Of a stretch of DNA of 64,000 bases, positions 14,496 through 28,368 are shown in pieces. Position 1 is the first letter of the stretch. Every line of letters begins with the position of its first letter. Position numbers and translations under genes: made by a program. The DNA comes from Pocillopora damicornis (Eukaryota), in the NCBI RefSeq assembly GCF_003704095.1, contig NW_020845867.1, positions 124,001 through 188,000 of the forward strand, in the 5' to 3' direction. Below the pieces are notes generated by a model. The model worked only from the letters and a program-made list of their open reading frames with translations, searched no databases and was not told the DNA's origin.

Positions 14496-14700
14496 CTGAA
14501 TGTGATTACTGAACTGTTTTCTTTTCCTTTCGGAGTACTTTGACGCTGGCGTTCAAGTACTGTCTTTGAATTTAATTAGATGCACCATATTGAACTGACG
14601 CTGAATTAGGTTAAGGTTGATAAATGGTATGCGTCGGTATGGTAGAGAGGGTAACGTTTGAAGGCATTCTTACCCGTGCTATGCTACCAACAATACAGCA

Positions 14701-15077
14701 CAGGGACCTTAAGCAGTCAGGGCAAAAACACCGAGGAGGGCGTCGATTAAAAAATAGATGAATACTTTAAGTCAGAATTTTCCAAAAGGCTGGACGTCTT
14801 AACTGTCTCTTGTGGCCCCTCATGCACTCCAACTTCAGCTTAACGTATGTGAGCAGCGATGAGTTCCAGATGGAAACTTAGATAATTTGCCGTCCGGCGT
14901 GGTTTCCGTTCTCAGACCGAGCAAGTTAAAATTATTTCACGTTGTTGTCATGTAGAGGACGGCTAAGAAATGAACAAAGATTTGAACGCACGAGCCTAGC
15001 TATTATTCTATTCATTTGATCTTTTGTTTAGCCACGTCCTCGTCGCTGTCGCTGTCGTGGTTTTCTTAAGGTCCCTG
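14701..15077. mobile_element. MITE-like element with 13-bp perfect TIRs just downstream of the CNG stop codon
   Basis: CAGGGACCTTAAG (14701-14713) and CTTAAGGTCCCTG (15065-15077); no credible coding capacity between them. Confidence 0.7.
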
Positions 15078-17484
15078 TCACATTCTGATATTCTAGTGGC
15101 ATCAACTTGTCCTCTCATAAAATACGAGAGAAAACCGTGCACTCTGAAGATGGTTACCAGAAGAAACTCAGCAGAACTACCACAGAAGGAGGTGATGCTA
15201 AATGCCGCTGCGACTCGATTTACCTTTTCTCTGTGTGCTTATTTGTTGCGTCTACAGTTCATATCCAGTGGAGTGAATGGAAATTTCAAAAACATTTTTA
15301 AATAGCCGCCAGGTATTGGCCTAGAGTAGCCTTTCTTCTTAATTTCGTGTCAATTCGTTTTATGAACATCTTTATATCAAGAATATTGTCAGTTCCTGAT
15401 GATAAATCTTTCAAACGAGCCAGATTTAATGGAACATTTTAGTAATTTCATAATTGCTTAAAACGTTCCGCGCCGACCTAGTATGTATTTGTAGCATTTG
15501 TCATTCTTGTTCACCAGACAATAGGACGCAAAGCGCTTTTAAAGGTTCCCTAATTCTCTCTCTTGCTCGTCTACTTTTTACTCAAACTCTGTCGCCTTTT
15601 GATCGTTGTTGTCCGAAGCGTTTCTGGAATTCTATGATTAACTGACTATAACTTTGATAAATTTCCTAATCTAGATATATATGCGCCGCTGTGGAACACA
15701 CAAAAATGACGAAAATCATTTGTGAATAATTATGAAATTCTCTCATTAGAAGCTATTTGAAGAAAACGTTTGCCTTTGAACTTGCTTCATAAAAGCAATC
15801 GCTGCCGATTATAACAGCTGAAAAGCGGGAATTTTCAGTCGTTTCGACCTAAATCACTCAGAGATATGCCAAAAAATCTTAGTTTACCATTATATATCAA
15901 AGGCTTTAATAAAGTTGATAAAGTTGCATTCTTTTGATATGAATTTTGGTGTATTTCCTAGAAAAGCTTTGGAACTATTCAGTCCATGACCAAGGTTTTT
16001 CCGCGTGACTTCATTCTTTTCCTGTAGTCCCTCGCAATTGTTGGATTACGCGCGCGTGGACTAAGGACTGCAGGGACGGAAAAGAAATTCGCGACGTTTG
16101 TTTCGAAATTCGTGACCCACGACAAATGGTTAAGTCACTTTTATTTGTTTGTTTATTTTTCTCAATACGCCTCTGACATCAAACCGTAATAATCCATTCA
16201 AAAATGTAGTTGGTTTCATTTTTTTATTTGTCCCTCTTAGATGAATTATTCCTTGACATCAAAACCTACTACTCGTTAAACATTTTTTGTTCCTTTTTGT
16301 TTAACACGAAATATTTTTCATCTGACAATAAGCACATGGCCAGTCTCACGGTCGACTCAAACAGTCACTAGGAAAGTTTTACTTCTACTCATTTGNNNNN
16401 NNNNNNNNNNNNNNNNNNNNNNNNNNNNNNNNNNNNNNNNNNNNNNNNNNNNNNNNNNNNNNNNNNNNNNNNNNNNNNNNNNNNNNNNNNNNNNNNNNNN
16501 NNNNNNNNNGGGGGAGGGGAAAATGTTTAAAGAATATTACCAAGCCTTAGATGTAAACCAGGTAAATATAAACCTGACAAAATCAAAATCCTCCGACCCT
16601 TCCCTCCGATAATAAATAATGACCGGTCCTTGACGTTGTTAAAATTAATTGATTTATTAACCGATAGATTATTTCAATAGTAGCTTTGATGCTGCAGTTG
16701 ATAGTTAGATTTTTTGCATAAAATATATTACATCGCAAAATACACGAACATGCATGCAATAAATTTTCCCTCGTATTTAGATAATTGATTTACGAGCCCA
16801 AAATACGGCTACGAAGAAAACTACGTGAAAGTTGTCAGTATCTGAACAACTGTTCACCTAACCTCCCCCCCCACCACAACATAACTTAAGCTATTAAAAA
16901 TTGACTGTTGCTGGGTGAGAGTGGGGGAGGGGGAAGGGGGGGGAGTAGGTGCGCAGTTGCTCGGATGCGAACATTGATTCACATTTTGGTATACTGGGAC
17001 GTCTCCTGTAGGTAACGAGAAACGTTCAAACTTATCTAAAACCGATTCCTCTCACTTCGTGATTTAGCTGGTAAAATATCGTATTCTTAAATAATATTGT
17101 ACTCTTGCGTCTTTTTACCAGCACAATTCTACAAAATGTGAATAAATCACTTTATCAACTTTTGTTGTTGTCCAAACTACAACAGCGTCATTTTCAAACT
17201 ATCTGAAAAACAATATTTCATCCTCAGAGGTAAAAATTTTGTAAACCCCGTAAAATTCTAAGTTTTAAGTTAAAATAATTCATTTTGTCTTTGATATGAT
17301 TTCATCATTCATTGTATGGCATCAAATTTCTACAAGAACTTCTTATAATTTTTTATATGCAATACGATCTTCAATAGATACTAAAGATTTCCATGAAAAT
17401 ATTTTTTCAAGTTTCGATTAAGACTATTAAAATTTGAATACCATACAGTTGATTTACGTTTCTCCTCAACATCAACCAAAGTAT

Positions 17485-20400
17485 CTAATTGCTCAGGATT
17501 GCGGGTGTGTAAGGATAATCGGACCTCACAGATCGGGGAGGCATTCCATGATGCATTGCAGCCTGCATATCTACGAACTCCTCGAGCACATCCGGATAAA
17601 ACCTGTCATTAGTGCCACCGCTGACCCCTGACAGAGGATACATGGCGTTTGTCGTTATTGCGGCCGTTGGAAACATGTAACTGGAAGGATAGCTTCGTTC
17701 CGAGAGAGGGTACTGAGAATAATGCTTCATATGGTCCATTGAAGAGATTCCCCTGTAATCATAAGCCGCCATGTTGGCTGCAGGATTCATAACTGCGTAG
17801 CTGGAGTCCGCCATACTGGTTTTAGAGCGACCAGCGGCATACCCAGTTCCATCTGTCGCATAACTGCTCGACATGTCAAAGTCTCCCATGGCAATTCCCC
17901 CTTCACTTCCACTGGTCGGGGCAAAGCTGTTTCCATGATTCATAGCGGGCATCAAGCTACCTTGGCTGGGCCCATAACTATACCTTGCTCCATAGGCCTC
18001 AGGCGACGGATATAGGAAGTGGCCCTGTTCTGCCATCATGGGGTATTTCCCTATATTGTTGTTGTTGTTATTGTTGTTGTTTGTTGGTGTGGTAGGCGTC
18101 ATTGGTGTCATGGGATGCGGCGACATGTCGTGATACGAAGAACGCATCATGACGGGCTGTGCTGGGCTCCTCTGGGAAGGCAAGTCTCTGGGGCTCCTGT
18201 GAGAACCCATTGAAGAAGAGCTTGAATGTCTTCGACAAGCAGTCTTCCTAGCGCCAGTGGACCTCGGCCCAACGACATCAACTTCCATGCCTTCGCTCGT
18301 AGGTTCTGTGACAAACAAAAGGTATTTTATTTGTTAATTCTCCTATTAAAAAATTTTCAGAACCATTAATTACTCTCTACGTCATTAATGCTGTTTAGAG
18401 CTCCGTTTGGAAAGAGCTTTGTGACAATATTTTGTATTGCACTTTGGGCGTAGAAAATGGGAAGGGAGAAAATGGATAAAGGGAAGGAATGAACGAAAAT
18501 TGGGGCAAGAATGGTCAAGGGTGGAGAAGATTATGAAAGACTGGAAACAAATTGCGCAACATTTTTGAAGATACGCAAGCCATTACAAAGCTAATCTTGA
18601 ATTAAAGAAGTAACTAATTCCTTCAGTGTAAGCTATTGTAACACTAACCCTCCAGAACGTTGGTCTCCTTGGTAACGCGAACAGAGGACTGGGCCGATGG
18701 TTCATCCACATTGTTGTGGTTTTCAACCGTGTAAAGGATATAATCTTCGAGGAGCATGTGTAGTAGGTGAAATGAACCTGCGATAAATCGACAACGGATC
18801 AGTTAAAACGATGGTACCCAAGGATTTAAAAATTATATGCAAGCAAAAATGTTAGGGTCTAAAAGAGCATAACAGAGTTTTAGTTGCGTTTGGAGAAGGA
18901 CTTACCGAAGCTGTGAGCGCTGTGCAATGTTAATTCCCGCACAATTTTAATGCTGAAAAAGGACCATTTGAGAAGAAAATCTTTTGAGCACTCCTTGTAA
19001 GTTTTTCCAGTCTTCTCCACTTGCTAAAAGAAAAGAGAGAGAATTCGAAACTTGAGGGAAAGTTTAGATATAACTCAGTTTAGGTTTGCAAGGGTCTGGC
19101 GACAAGTCATCATTAACTGCCAAGGGGTGGGGGGCAAAGGATTGTTCTTTGGGGGGGAGGGGTCACTTGATTTTGAGGGGAAACTATAAAAATTAACTGC
19201 TTATTAACTGCTAAGATGCAAGAACATAGGAACATTACAGAGCCTCATGATCAGGTAAATTTTTTTGTGGCGCAACCAAAATAGGGGTATTCTACGGTTA
19301 CTTCCATTCACTGATATATTTAAAAGGTAGAAAGTAGGTTTAAAAAACCAGAGACCTCACCTGATGAAGCCTAAAGTGATGGAGAGTTCAATGCTTAAAG
19401 TGATGGGGATTATTGTTTCTGCATTTGAAAGGAATTACAGTCCAAAGCAGACTTACTCCTCAACGTGTATCAATTTTCTCCTACTTTTTGCTGGTACCTG
19501 TTTATACCCCTGGGTGAATAGAGGCAGTAGGACTCAATTTACCCACCCTTGGACTCAACACATTGACGCGGCCAGGGGGCTTTCGAATCCAGGGCCATAA
19601 AAATATTTTGAAAAACACCCTTCGCTTTTCATCACTATAGAGTTTCGATAAACAAGTCATTCCTTGTATCTGAACAATCAACTTTTAAAGGGAATACTAC
19701 TTCTTGTGCATTAGACTGAGAGGCCCTGACAAAGGCACGCCCACTGCACTCACCTTCAAAACACAGCGGTTGACCAAACTGGATGCCCATTCGGCGTACT
19801 GATCTATGGTTGCTTGCTGATCGAGAAGCTGTGTAAACTCTTTATAGTCTGCAAATTTGAGTAAACCCGTAAAATCTTGTTAATAAGACTAAACTTACTG
19901 CGTCAGATTTAAAACGAAAGGAAAACAATTAAAACCAGTTTTGCGCACTTACGTTCGTAAACAAGTTCATAATCGTCGTCTACGGATTCGCTGAAAGTCC
20001 ACATGGCCTGACGGGTAATTCCTTCGAAGTCGATTTGCTTCCAATCATTAAGCATCTGGGATACAGGCTCTGCGCTATGCAATACTGTCCGGGCAGCCTG
20101 GGAATTAGCGAAGAAGACACTTTTCAAAAACAAGCAACGAAAGCTAGCCTAATAGTATGATTCAGACGATCAGGTCATATGAAACAGTAAGTTACATTTA
20201 TTTTCAGTCTAAAATTCGTTTATTTTTTTTAGCCTGTTTTGTCAATATTTCTGTTGTCTTCTTTTTTCTGGCTTTTTTTAGCTGTCATGAATCCTTAAAG
20301 AAAATTTACGATTTATTTAGAAGGTAAACTGAGAAGGAAAAATAGCGATTTGATCAAAGAATAATACATATTTGATCATATTATGTTTTTGCCCGGTTGA

Positions 20401-23400
20401 AGGGGTTACAACATATGACACGCACAACCGTTTCCCATGAAAACGGATCTCACCCGACTGTCATCCAATGCGAAGTACTTATTGTAAAACATTGACAACT
20501 TTGTTTTTTCCTACCTGTGCAAGATGTGTTAAAGACGTCTGCCTTCGCAGTGAGTGTGAGAAACTCTTAGCAACTGAAAAGTAACAAAGAAAATGACTAT
20601 GGTGTTCTATTTACAACACGATACTGACATCACATTCGTAGAGAAATTTTTTTAAAATTAGCACACATTGCACACTTTCTCACCTGCCAACTTTTTCTTC
20701 TGTAATGGTTCCGGCAAATGAGTCAACGATTCAGTCAACCACTCGTCCAGCTGTTGTGCAAACTGACGGATTGCTTGAGTCAAACTGCAATCAGATAATT
20801 ATATTTACTTAATAACTATCTTAGTATCAAAATGAAACTACGTCTTGATAAAAAGAAGCACCATTTTTTTATAATAATAATAAACTGTCTAAAAAGTAGA
20901 AGCTCGCAACAAGGTCGTGTCTGACAAATAAAGCAAGCGAAAATTGAGGCCTTCATGATAAGAGATTTATATTTGTGACGTTAAGGAGAGAAATCGAAAG
21001 CAAGCAACAAGAGAAATGAGATGAAGGAGAAAAAAAGGGAGAATTCGGAAGCAAGCAACAAATGTAAGTGTTTCGGCTCCAGTTGGTTTTGAAATTTCTA
21101 TTATTTATTAATTTAATTATTTATTTTGCACATTGACAAACGATCTCACCTTGCTGGTAAAGGCTGAAGAGTTCCGGGAATTAATACTCCGCTGATGGCT
21201 TTGTATAGGATGGTGTCACACTGACCAATTAGGTCTACAACTTCGCTGCAACTGAGGACTTCCAGCATATGACTGGGCATTCCTTGCCAAAAGTGAACTA
21301 AGAAATTCTGTACCTAAGATTTCAAATGGAAAGTTATTATTAGAGAGGAATTCTCCTGCCCTCAACTTAAAAACGTTTTTGGCTCAGTGAAGCGGTGCAG
21401 TAATCAAAAATAAATAAAGATACAAATAGATAAACAAATAAACAAATAATACACAAATGTAAACAAGTCCTCAAACAATTGAACACTCCTTTTTGTTATT
21501 GAGAAACTTACCTCTCCAAAGTTTGCTCTCAGGATGGTGTCTAGAATTCTTTGGCAGTGTGCACGGTACATGATAAGAAACGTTTTGACCTGTAAAAAAA
21601 ACGTTTCCTCTAAGTCAATTTTCAGCCTTCGAAAACGTACTGAGTAAAAGCAGTGTCAGGGGCCAAAGTATTAGAGGCTAATTAGATATCGAGACTGATC
21701 ATTATTTGGCGATTCCCCCACCCCCAACGATAAGTAATGACTCTTCCCTTAAATTTCTTAATATCAATCTGAGAAAATCTGACCATAGCGTAGAAAACTT
21801 TATTGATATTTGTATCCTTAATAATATTAATCCAACACATTCTCTCACTTTTTCTTGGGACACGTCCTCCGGTAAGGTCAGTTTGCTGGGCTTTGGGAAG
21901 TCAGGTAATAAAGTCCCTCCGGGCGCTGTGGTGACACATGAATTTGTCCCATTATTACTCTTATGGACTGTATGGCCCTGAGTTCTCTCATCTATGTCCG
22001 TTTTGCTGTATGATTGGCTAAAACTGAAAAAAAANNNNNNNNNNNNNNNNNNNNNNNNNNNNNNNNNNNNNNNNNNNNNNNNNNNNNNNNNNNNNNNNNN
22101 NNNNNNNNNNNNNNNNNNNNNNNNNNNNNNNNNNNNNNNNNNNNNNNNNNNNNNNNNNNNNNNNNNNNNNNNNNNNNNNNNNNNNNNNNNNNNNNNNNNN
22201 NNNNNNNNNNNNNNNNNNNNNNNNNNNNNNNNNNNNNNNNNNNNNNNCCCCCTCCCCCCTTGCATTCTGTTAGCGTCGACTGATCCTCCCTCCGCCCTCC
22301 TGGAAAACAATGTGATCTCCCCTTCCGAAATAAAAATCTTTCAACCCCCTCCCAGGCCATTAAAAGATCACTATTCTCGCAATAAACATGAAGTGTCAGG
22401 CAACTCACTTTACTCATTATCTACCATGGAATAGATAGCGAGTAGTGTAGCCAATCAGATAGCAGGATTTGTAAGAGGACGTTGGTAGTATCATACTTCA
22501 ACAGGAGCCCATACGGCTCCTGACTTAAATGGTTTCTTCAGTTTTGAGCTGTCTAATTTACCATGGACTTGTCTTACCCGGTGTTGCTTTGCCTCGCTGC
22601 ATTGCAGACGGTGTCATGATAAGGAGAGGTTGATTTGATGGTGATTCCATAATAGTGATACCTGGCAATAAGCGAACGAGTTTTCATTGGTTATCATATG
22701 ATAAGCTGAATCCTACTTGCATTTTGATGGTTCTTATCTATGATCTATAGGAGGATAGACGCATAAATGACGTCATTACCAACATTTATCTTCTTTATCA
22801 TATAAAACAAATATATTCCATGTTGCCGTGCGTCTGTCCAGTAAAAGATCACAGAGGAAGGCAAAATGCGGAAAGAATATCAGTGACGCACTTGGCAGCG
22901 CCTCGTGTGCCACTTTTTTTCTCTTACCGCATTTTGATGTCATCTGTGATCTATTTCTGGACAGAAGCACGGCAACGCAATCTACTTGATGATTAGATTG
23001 TTTTGTGGGAAATGCTTGAAAATAAAGAATTGTATGAAACAATAAAAATCAACCTAAATTTTCAACATGGAAAGATAAAAATAGGAATGTATTCCTTGCA
23101 AAAAAAAAAATACATTCCATCTGTGCGATGACTTTTCATGTGATAAAAGGGGGTTGGTTTCTAAAGATACTGTGATGCTGCGTCGGTGGGAGAGTATAGC
23201 AAAATCCATGATTCTGCGAGTTTGTAGGTGCCACGTGAGTTAAAATTGACAATCAGTTGTTGTATATTTTCCAGTAGAAATTAGATATGGTCGTAGATGC
23301 ACCAAGTTTGTTACAATCGTCGAGAAACATTTAACCCTTTCACTCCCATGAGTGACCAAGAGAGAATTTCTCCTTACAGTGTCAATGCAATATCAAGGAG

Positions 23401-26400
23401 ACAAGTGAGGAGAATAACAAGTAATTTAGTGTTAACAACTGAGTTGAAAACGTAAACTGGCCACCGCAAAGAGTTAAAAAGCTGACATTTCGAGCGTAGA
23501 TGACGTCACTAACAGCATATGATAACTGAGCGATTGTGTGTTCTTCATTATAATATACATTTGGTTTCTGTCTCTTAAGGGAACGTTTTCTGACAATGAT
23601 TCTTTTATTGTGTTCACTTTTTTTTTTTCGAATTTTTTTGTTGCTATGCATTAACAAAAAAAATTGCAATGAACTCCTCGGCTAAAGGGAAAATATTTCA
23701 TCAACACCTTTAGCTGGGAATAAAGTTGGCCAGCGTAATTCAAAAGAACAAAAAGACAATTTTCTCTAACAATAATAGTGAAATGTCATGGGAAAATTCT
23801 GGATCCACTTGATCACATGTGCTCCTTACGAACGCCTAAGGGATGTTTTGTTTTCTTTGGAGAGCAGAAGAATTCTTTTCCTCTTCTTGACACTTTTGTC
23901 AGACAAGCTAAACAACGATCCATTGCTACAGAATAGCTACTTCAAATTATTAATAGTTTTATGCGAAAAAAAAATCCCCCACGTTGAAACATTCAAGGTA
24001 AGGTAGTGACGCCCACGCCTCGATTTGTCTTCAGGGCAGAATGTTTTATGCAGGAAGCCTAAGCAACCAGTTTTTAAACAGACGTATTAGTTAATTTGAA
24101 ATCGTTCAGTAAAAGCTTTTCTACCGGAAACTGCCAATCGCCGATTCCCTCCGGGTTCTAGTTGGGAAGTCAATCATCGGCCTATGTTTCTTTTTACAAA
24201 CAACCAAAACATCGATAGCTTTTCAAACAAAAGCAGAGTAGCGTTTTTTTTTCTTAAATGATTCATTATCTATGTCAATTGTTTATTGGAATGCTAACGA
24301 GCTATTCAGATACGTACAATGGTCTGAACAAGTTAACGGATTCAATTGTGTAGCCACGTGTTTGTTAAAAAGTCCTAAGAAGATTACTCGCTCCCTGTAA
24401 AATGAATCAGTAACTCAAGCAAAAAAACGGAAAGACTTTCAAATTTTACATGAATACGTGTTGCTGGTTAACCGCAACTTTCTTTTTGCCAGTTTGTTTC
24501 TTGTTTGTTATCTTTTTTCAAGTTGCTTTGTTTAGCTTATGTAATATACTGATGTTTTTTTTTTAACGCAAGGAAAAAAAAAACGCAAGATAAAGCGCTT
24601 AATGATAACCTCTGAATAACTAACTATACTTTTTCTTTTAATTAAATTTTCTTTCGACATTAAGTACACACAGCCCTACGTATTTCACAATCGGTTGATG
24701 ACTTTGCTATCGACCCCCTAGGTGGGTTTATAATTTTCATATTTAACGTTACCACGATAATTTACTTACTTGGACTGACCACGTGTTCCAAGCCTTCTGG
24801 TCTTTAAATTCGGAAAGGTATGGCGAATAATCTATAAATAGGAAAGGAATATTATCTACCTACTTCATGCACGTTTATATTTTTTATGAGCCTGGTTTAC
24901 ATCAGTGACTTAACTCAGACAGACAAACGAAACAATTTTGTTCTCTCCATTGTTGTCAAGGAGTTTATTCCCTGCTTTGTCACGAAATCTGTAGTAGGCT
25001 TTTATCTGCGGGAGATGTTATTTAACTGAAAAAAAACATTTCTCACCTTTCCGAAACTAGCTGCATTGACTGGAGCTAAGTTATTCTTTTCACAGAAGTC
25101 CAAATAATGAGAATACAATGCACTTCGAGGCAAACTGACTCCTTCAGAAACTTCGTAATTTTCATTAAGCCTGCAGAGTTAAACAGAACGTAGCATTGAT
25201 ACAAGCATGCGGTATATACACCCAAATCAAATTACTTGAATAAATAACCCCACGCAGACTAAAAGTGACCAAGAAAAAAGCGGTAAGTTTCATGTGAACC
25301 AACCAAACTGGCAATACTTGCGAACTAATAAGAAGGCTGAAATGTTAAAACATTTAGTTGTTTTAAACTCTTGTCCTAGTGTCATAAAAAAATTTTTAGA
25401 AGCTATTTTACTCATCTTATTATTATTATTACTGAAGCCGGTGAAAAAGAGCATAGCTCTACACGGCCTCTCGATGGCTATAAGTTTTTTTTCTCTACTG
25501 AAAGGATGGTGGCTTTGTTTATAGAAATTTTAAATATATCGTGTGTAAAATGTTGCTATATTTACTTTCTTTTCAAAAGTTTGAAAATTATTTATTCTCT
25601 AAGTGGCAGACAATTAACAGGCTTTGCATTAAATCCTTTGGTGTTTCGCTCAATTGAAATAATGTCTAATTTGCAAGTTCATCAGTTTTTTCTCCTATTT
25701 AACTGACCACAATTATCTTACTCGACTAATGATTCCTTGAGGCGGTATTTGTAAAAATAACATTGATAAAAGTAACATTGACATGTTATGTACATACCAC
25801 TGAATTGTCAACGGCGATTGAAGTTTGCTATGCGACACGTAATGGCTGTTGGAGTAAATTGTTTGTTGACCTGCAAAGAATGCACTAAGTGTTAAATAAA
25901 TACCAGGTGGAAACATTAGGACCTGTAGATGCCTGGAAACTACTACAAAATTCTTGAAAACAGACGTTAAAACACTAGAGAAAAAAGCGAAGCAATCCCT
26001 TCTGCTGTTTAAAACGCTCTAGATTTCTAGACTTAGAGAACGCACTAAATTCTTTATTCTCTCGCGTCTTAGATGATTCGCATCGAGTCTTCAATCTATC
26101 TAAGGCGTAAGCTGTTTTAAACAATAATTCCATATTCATTGTGAGTTTTCAAAGGAAAGTTTTGTTCGTTATTGTTGTTAATTGTGTTATCATGTAAATA
26201 TCCTCTCAGTAATACCGTTAATAACCTGCTGGAATGATAAAATAAAACCGTCATTTTTACGTTCAGTTCCATACCAACGGGTGACCAATTAGAAAACGTG
26301 TCTAAGAAAAGAAAGCCTGAATTGCATTTCAACGTTTCTTTTTTTTAGTGAAAAGTATCCGACTCTGTATGTTTTCTCTTGCTTTGCTATATAGTTATTT

Positions 26401-26466
26401 TCGTGTGACTTCTACTGTCTTCTAAGGATTTTTCGTCGTTAAAAAAGTGTGAACTTTTTCATAAAT

Positions 26467-26499
<33 letters not shown>

Positions 26500-28368
26500 T
26501 CGCTGGTAGAGTATAGTAGGGTAATTTGGTAGTATCAACGTAAATTGGCAACCGTAAAGAGTTTCAAAGCTGACTAAGCTTTCGCTTTGATGAAGGGCTA
26601 ACGCTCGAAACGTCAGGTTTTAAACTCTTTACGGTGGCCAATTTACGTTATAAACTCAATTAATAATACCAAATTATCCTGTAAACTTTTTCAGTAGCGT
26701 TTCTTCGTTAAAACGTTCGTTCTTAAATTGCTTATAAATAAATTTAATCAACTTCAATTAATCGAACGTAAACATCCTTGAGAGCATCCCAAAAGTTTAG
26801 GGATTTAATATCGGTTACATTTACCGTCAAAATTTGTTTTTGATATTTACCTTTCTGGTGGTTGAATGCCCAGTTACATAATTTTCGAAGAAAGAAGAGC
26901 CGAGGAGAAATGACGGTAGATCGCAGTTCATTTCACGGATCGTATTTGTTTTTTAATGTAAGTTTTTTTTATTATTCTTTTCATTATGTGAGATCGATAG
27001 TAGATACGATTTAAAACGTGTGTTGTAAGATCAGACATACCAAATTTTATCAAAAAATGATTAAAAAATCATAATTTTATATATGTCAAATAATTATCTC
27101 TAAAATTGTGGCGTCGCTGACTTTTTCTCGGTTGTGTAAAGTTCAATGTTGCAGGTTCTACTGCCATTCTTTCAAGGAAATTTTGATGACATATTAATTT
27201 CATATCCATTGCATGCGCATTTTTTACATAAAGTTGCAAATGAACCGCATCGCGCTTTAGATTGATTTATGATTTTCGAGACAGTGATTTGTATCGGTTA
27301 AGAGGATCCGGGCCACATGCCTCTTTCTTCTAGGAACAAAGGAGGACCGAAGGTAATTTTATAATAACCATTGTCTTCGCGGTTTCGCTTGGCTGCCCGC
27401 CAATCAGAAATTGAGCACTAATTAGTGGCACGCGCTATTCTTTACAAACGAGATCGTGATTTACATTTTCATCCAAGAGCGATTCTAAACAGAGCGAGTT
27501 TGTTTGATCTTTTGGTCGTGTTTTATAAGTAACTGGTTGTCGAATCAACACGAAATACCAGTAGTAAGGGGAAAGTAAACTTAAAATGTTAATTCTGTGA
27601 AGTATTCCGCGTTAAACTCCCACAGTTAAGTGTTTAAAAGTTGACAAAGTTTACCACAGACGGCAAATGGAAATTCGTTCTTAAAATCAGTTAACATTCC
27701 GTCTGGTATTGTTAGATATTTTCTGCTGAATTCTTCGATAAAGTTGACACTAGCTAAGTAGTTGCCTTTTGAGTAATTTGTTAATAAACTTAAAAAAAAG
27801 AGTAACTTGGAAAATTCTCGACAAAACTTCGCATTTGCAGTCAAAAGAGTGAATGGTTTAAACGTTTCCAGACTTCATTTTACCGGATATGAGTGTATTT
27901 ACTCTCTCGAGTGCATATTTGTGCGCCTATCATCAAAATACACGCAATGTAAGTTTGCTAATTTCCAGTTTCTCAAAGAAATTATCGCCAGCCAAAGCGA
28001 AAGTCGATCTAACACTCAAATGAAAAAGTGAAATGTGTGGTGTCATAGAGTTCGAGAGGGTGTGCTCCTCGCGTGATACACTGTGTACAACATCAATCTG
28101 TAGGGCTATGCTGCTTAGGTAGTTAATAATTTTCCCTGTGAGTCATAGAAACCGCATAGAAACACGCATCTTAATCACCTAAAGAGTAAATCTGGGTGCA
28201 CTTGCGTGCCTTAGGCACATCCATGTTAACAGGGCTGTGATGTATTCCATCCCGGCGATAATTGCAGCCTGCGTCGCTCAGAGAGTACTAATTACATAGC
28301 TACTTGCTAGTGAGCAAAATGAAGACAAATAATCTGAACCATTTCAACTCACCTGATCCCCGTGGCAT
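17485..28368 (-). CDS. RFX4: RFX-family winged-helix transcription factor, RFX4-like, ~747 aa, 15 coding exons
   Basis: Exons (-): 28368-28353, 25870-25798, 25170-25047, 24831-24770, 22661-22578, 22023-21849, 21589-21512, 21313-21150, 20784-20684, 20573-20515, 20097-19953, 19848-19754, 19023-18906, 18777-18649, 18305-17485 total 2244 nt with consistent phases. DBD: [27 protein letters not shown]...[35 protein letters not shown]/dimerisation domains: [54 protein letters not shown], which resemble RFX4 more than RFX1-3 or RFX6. The first exon and start codon are the least certain part. Confidence 0.9.
22700..22995 (+). repeat. Interspersed fold-back repeat, copy 2 (uninterrupted)
   Basis: Same family as 12088-12592. 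Internal inverted arms GATCACAGA...CAAAATGCGG / CCGCATTTTG...TCTGTGATC at ~22847-22951. Confidence 0.7.
26465..26680 (+). mobile_element. Palindromic Penelope-like relic carrying a minimal hammerhead-like motif
   Basis: Arms GTAAATTGGCAACCGTAAAGAGTTTCAAAGCTGAC and GTCAGGTTTTAAACTCTTTACGGTGGCCAATTTAC surround TTGATGA-A-GGGC-TAAC-GCTC-GAAAC-GTC (26587-26614). The head CTAAAGAAACTGTGGTGCTGCGTC is shared with ~23161 and ~62241. Confidence 0.6.

Noticed and set aside
21992-22434. ORFs spanning N runs (also around 38615-39086 and 41736-41981)
   Set aside because: Artefacts of translating through gaps; only 22023-21849 is a real RFX exon.
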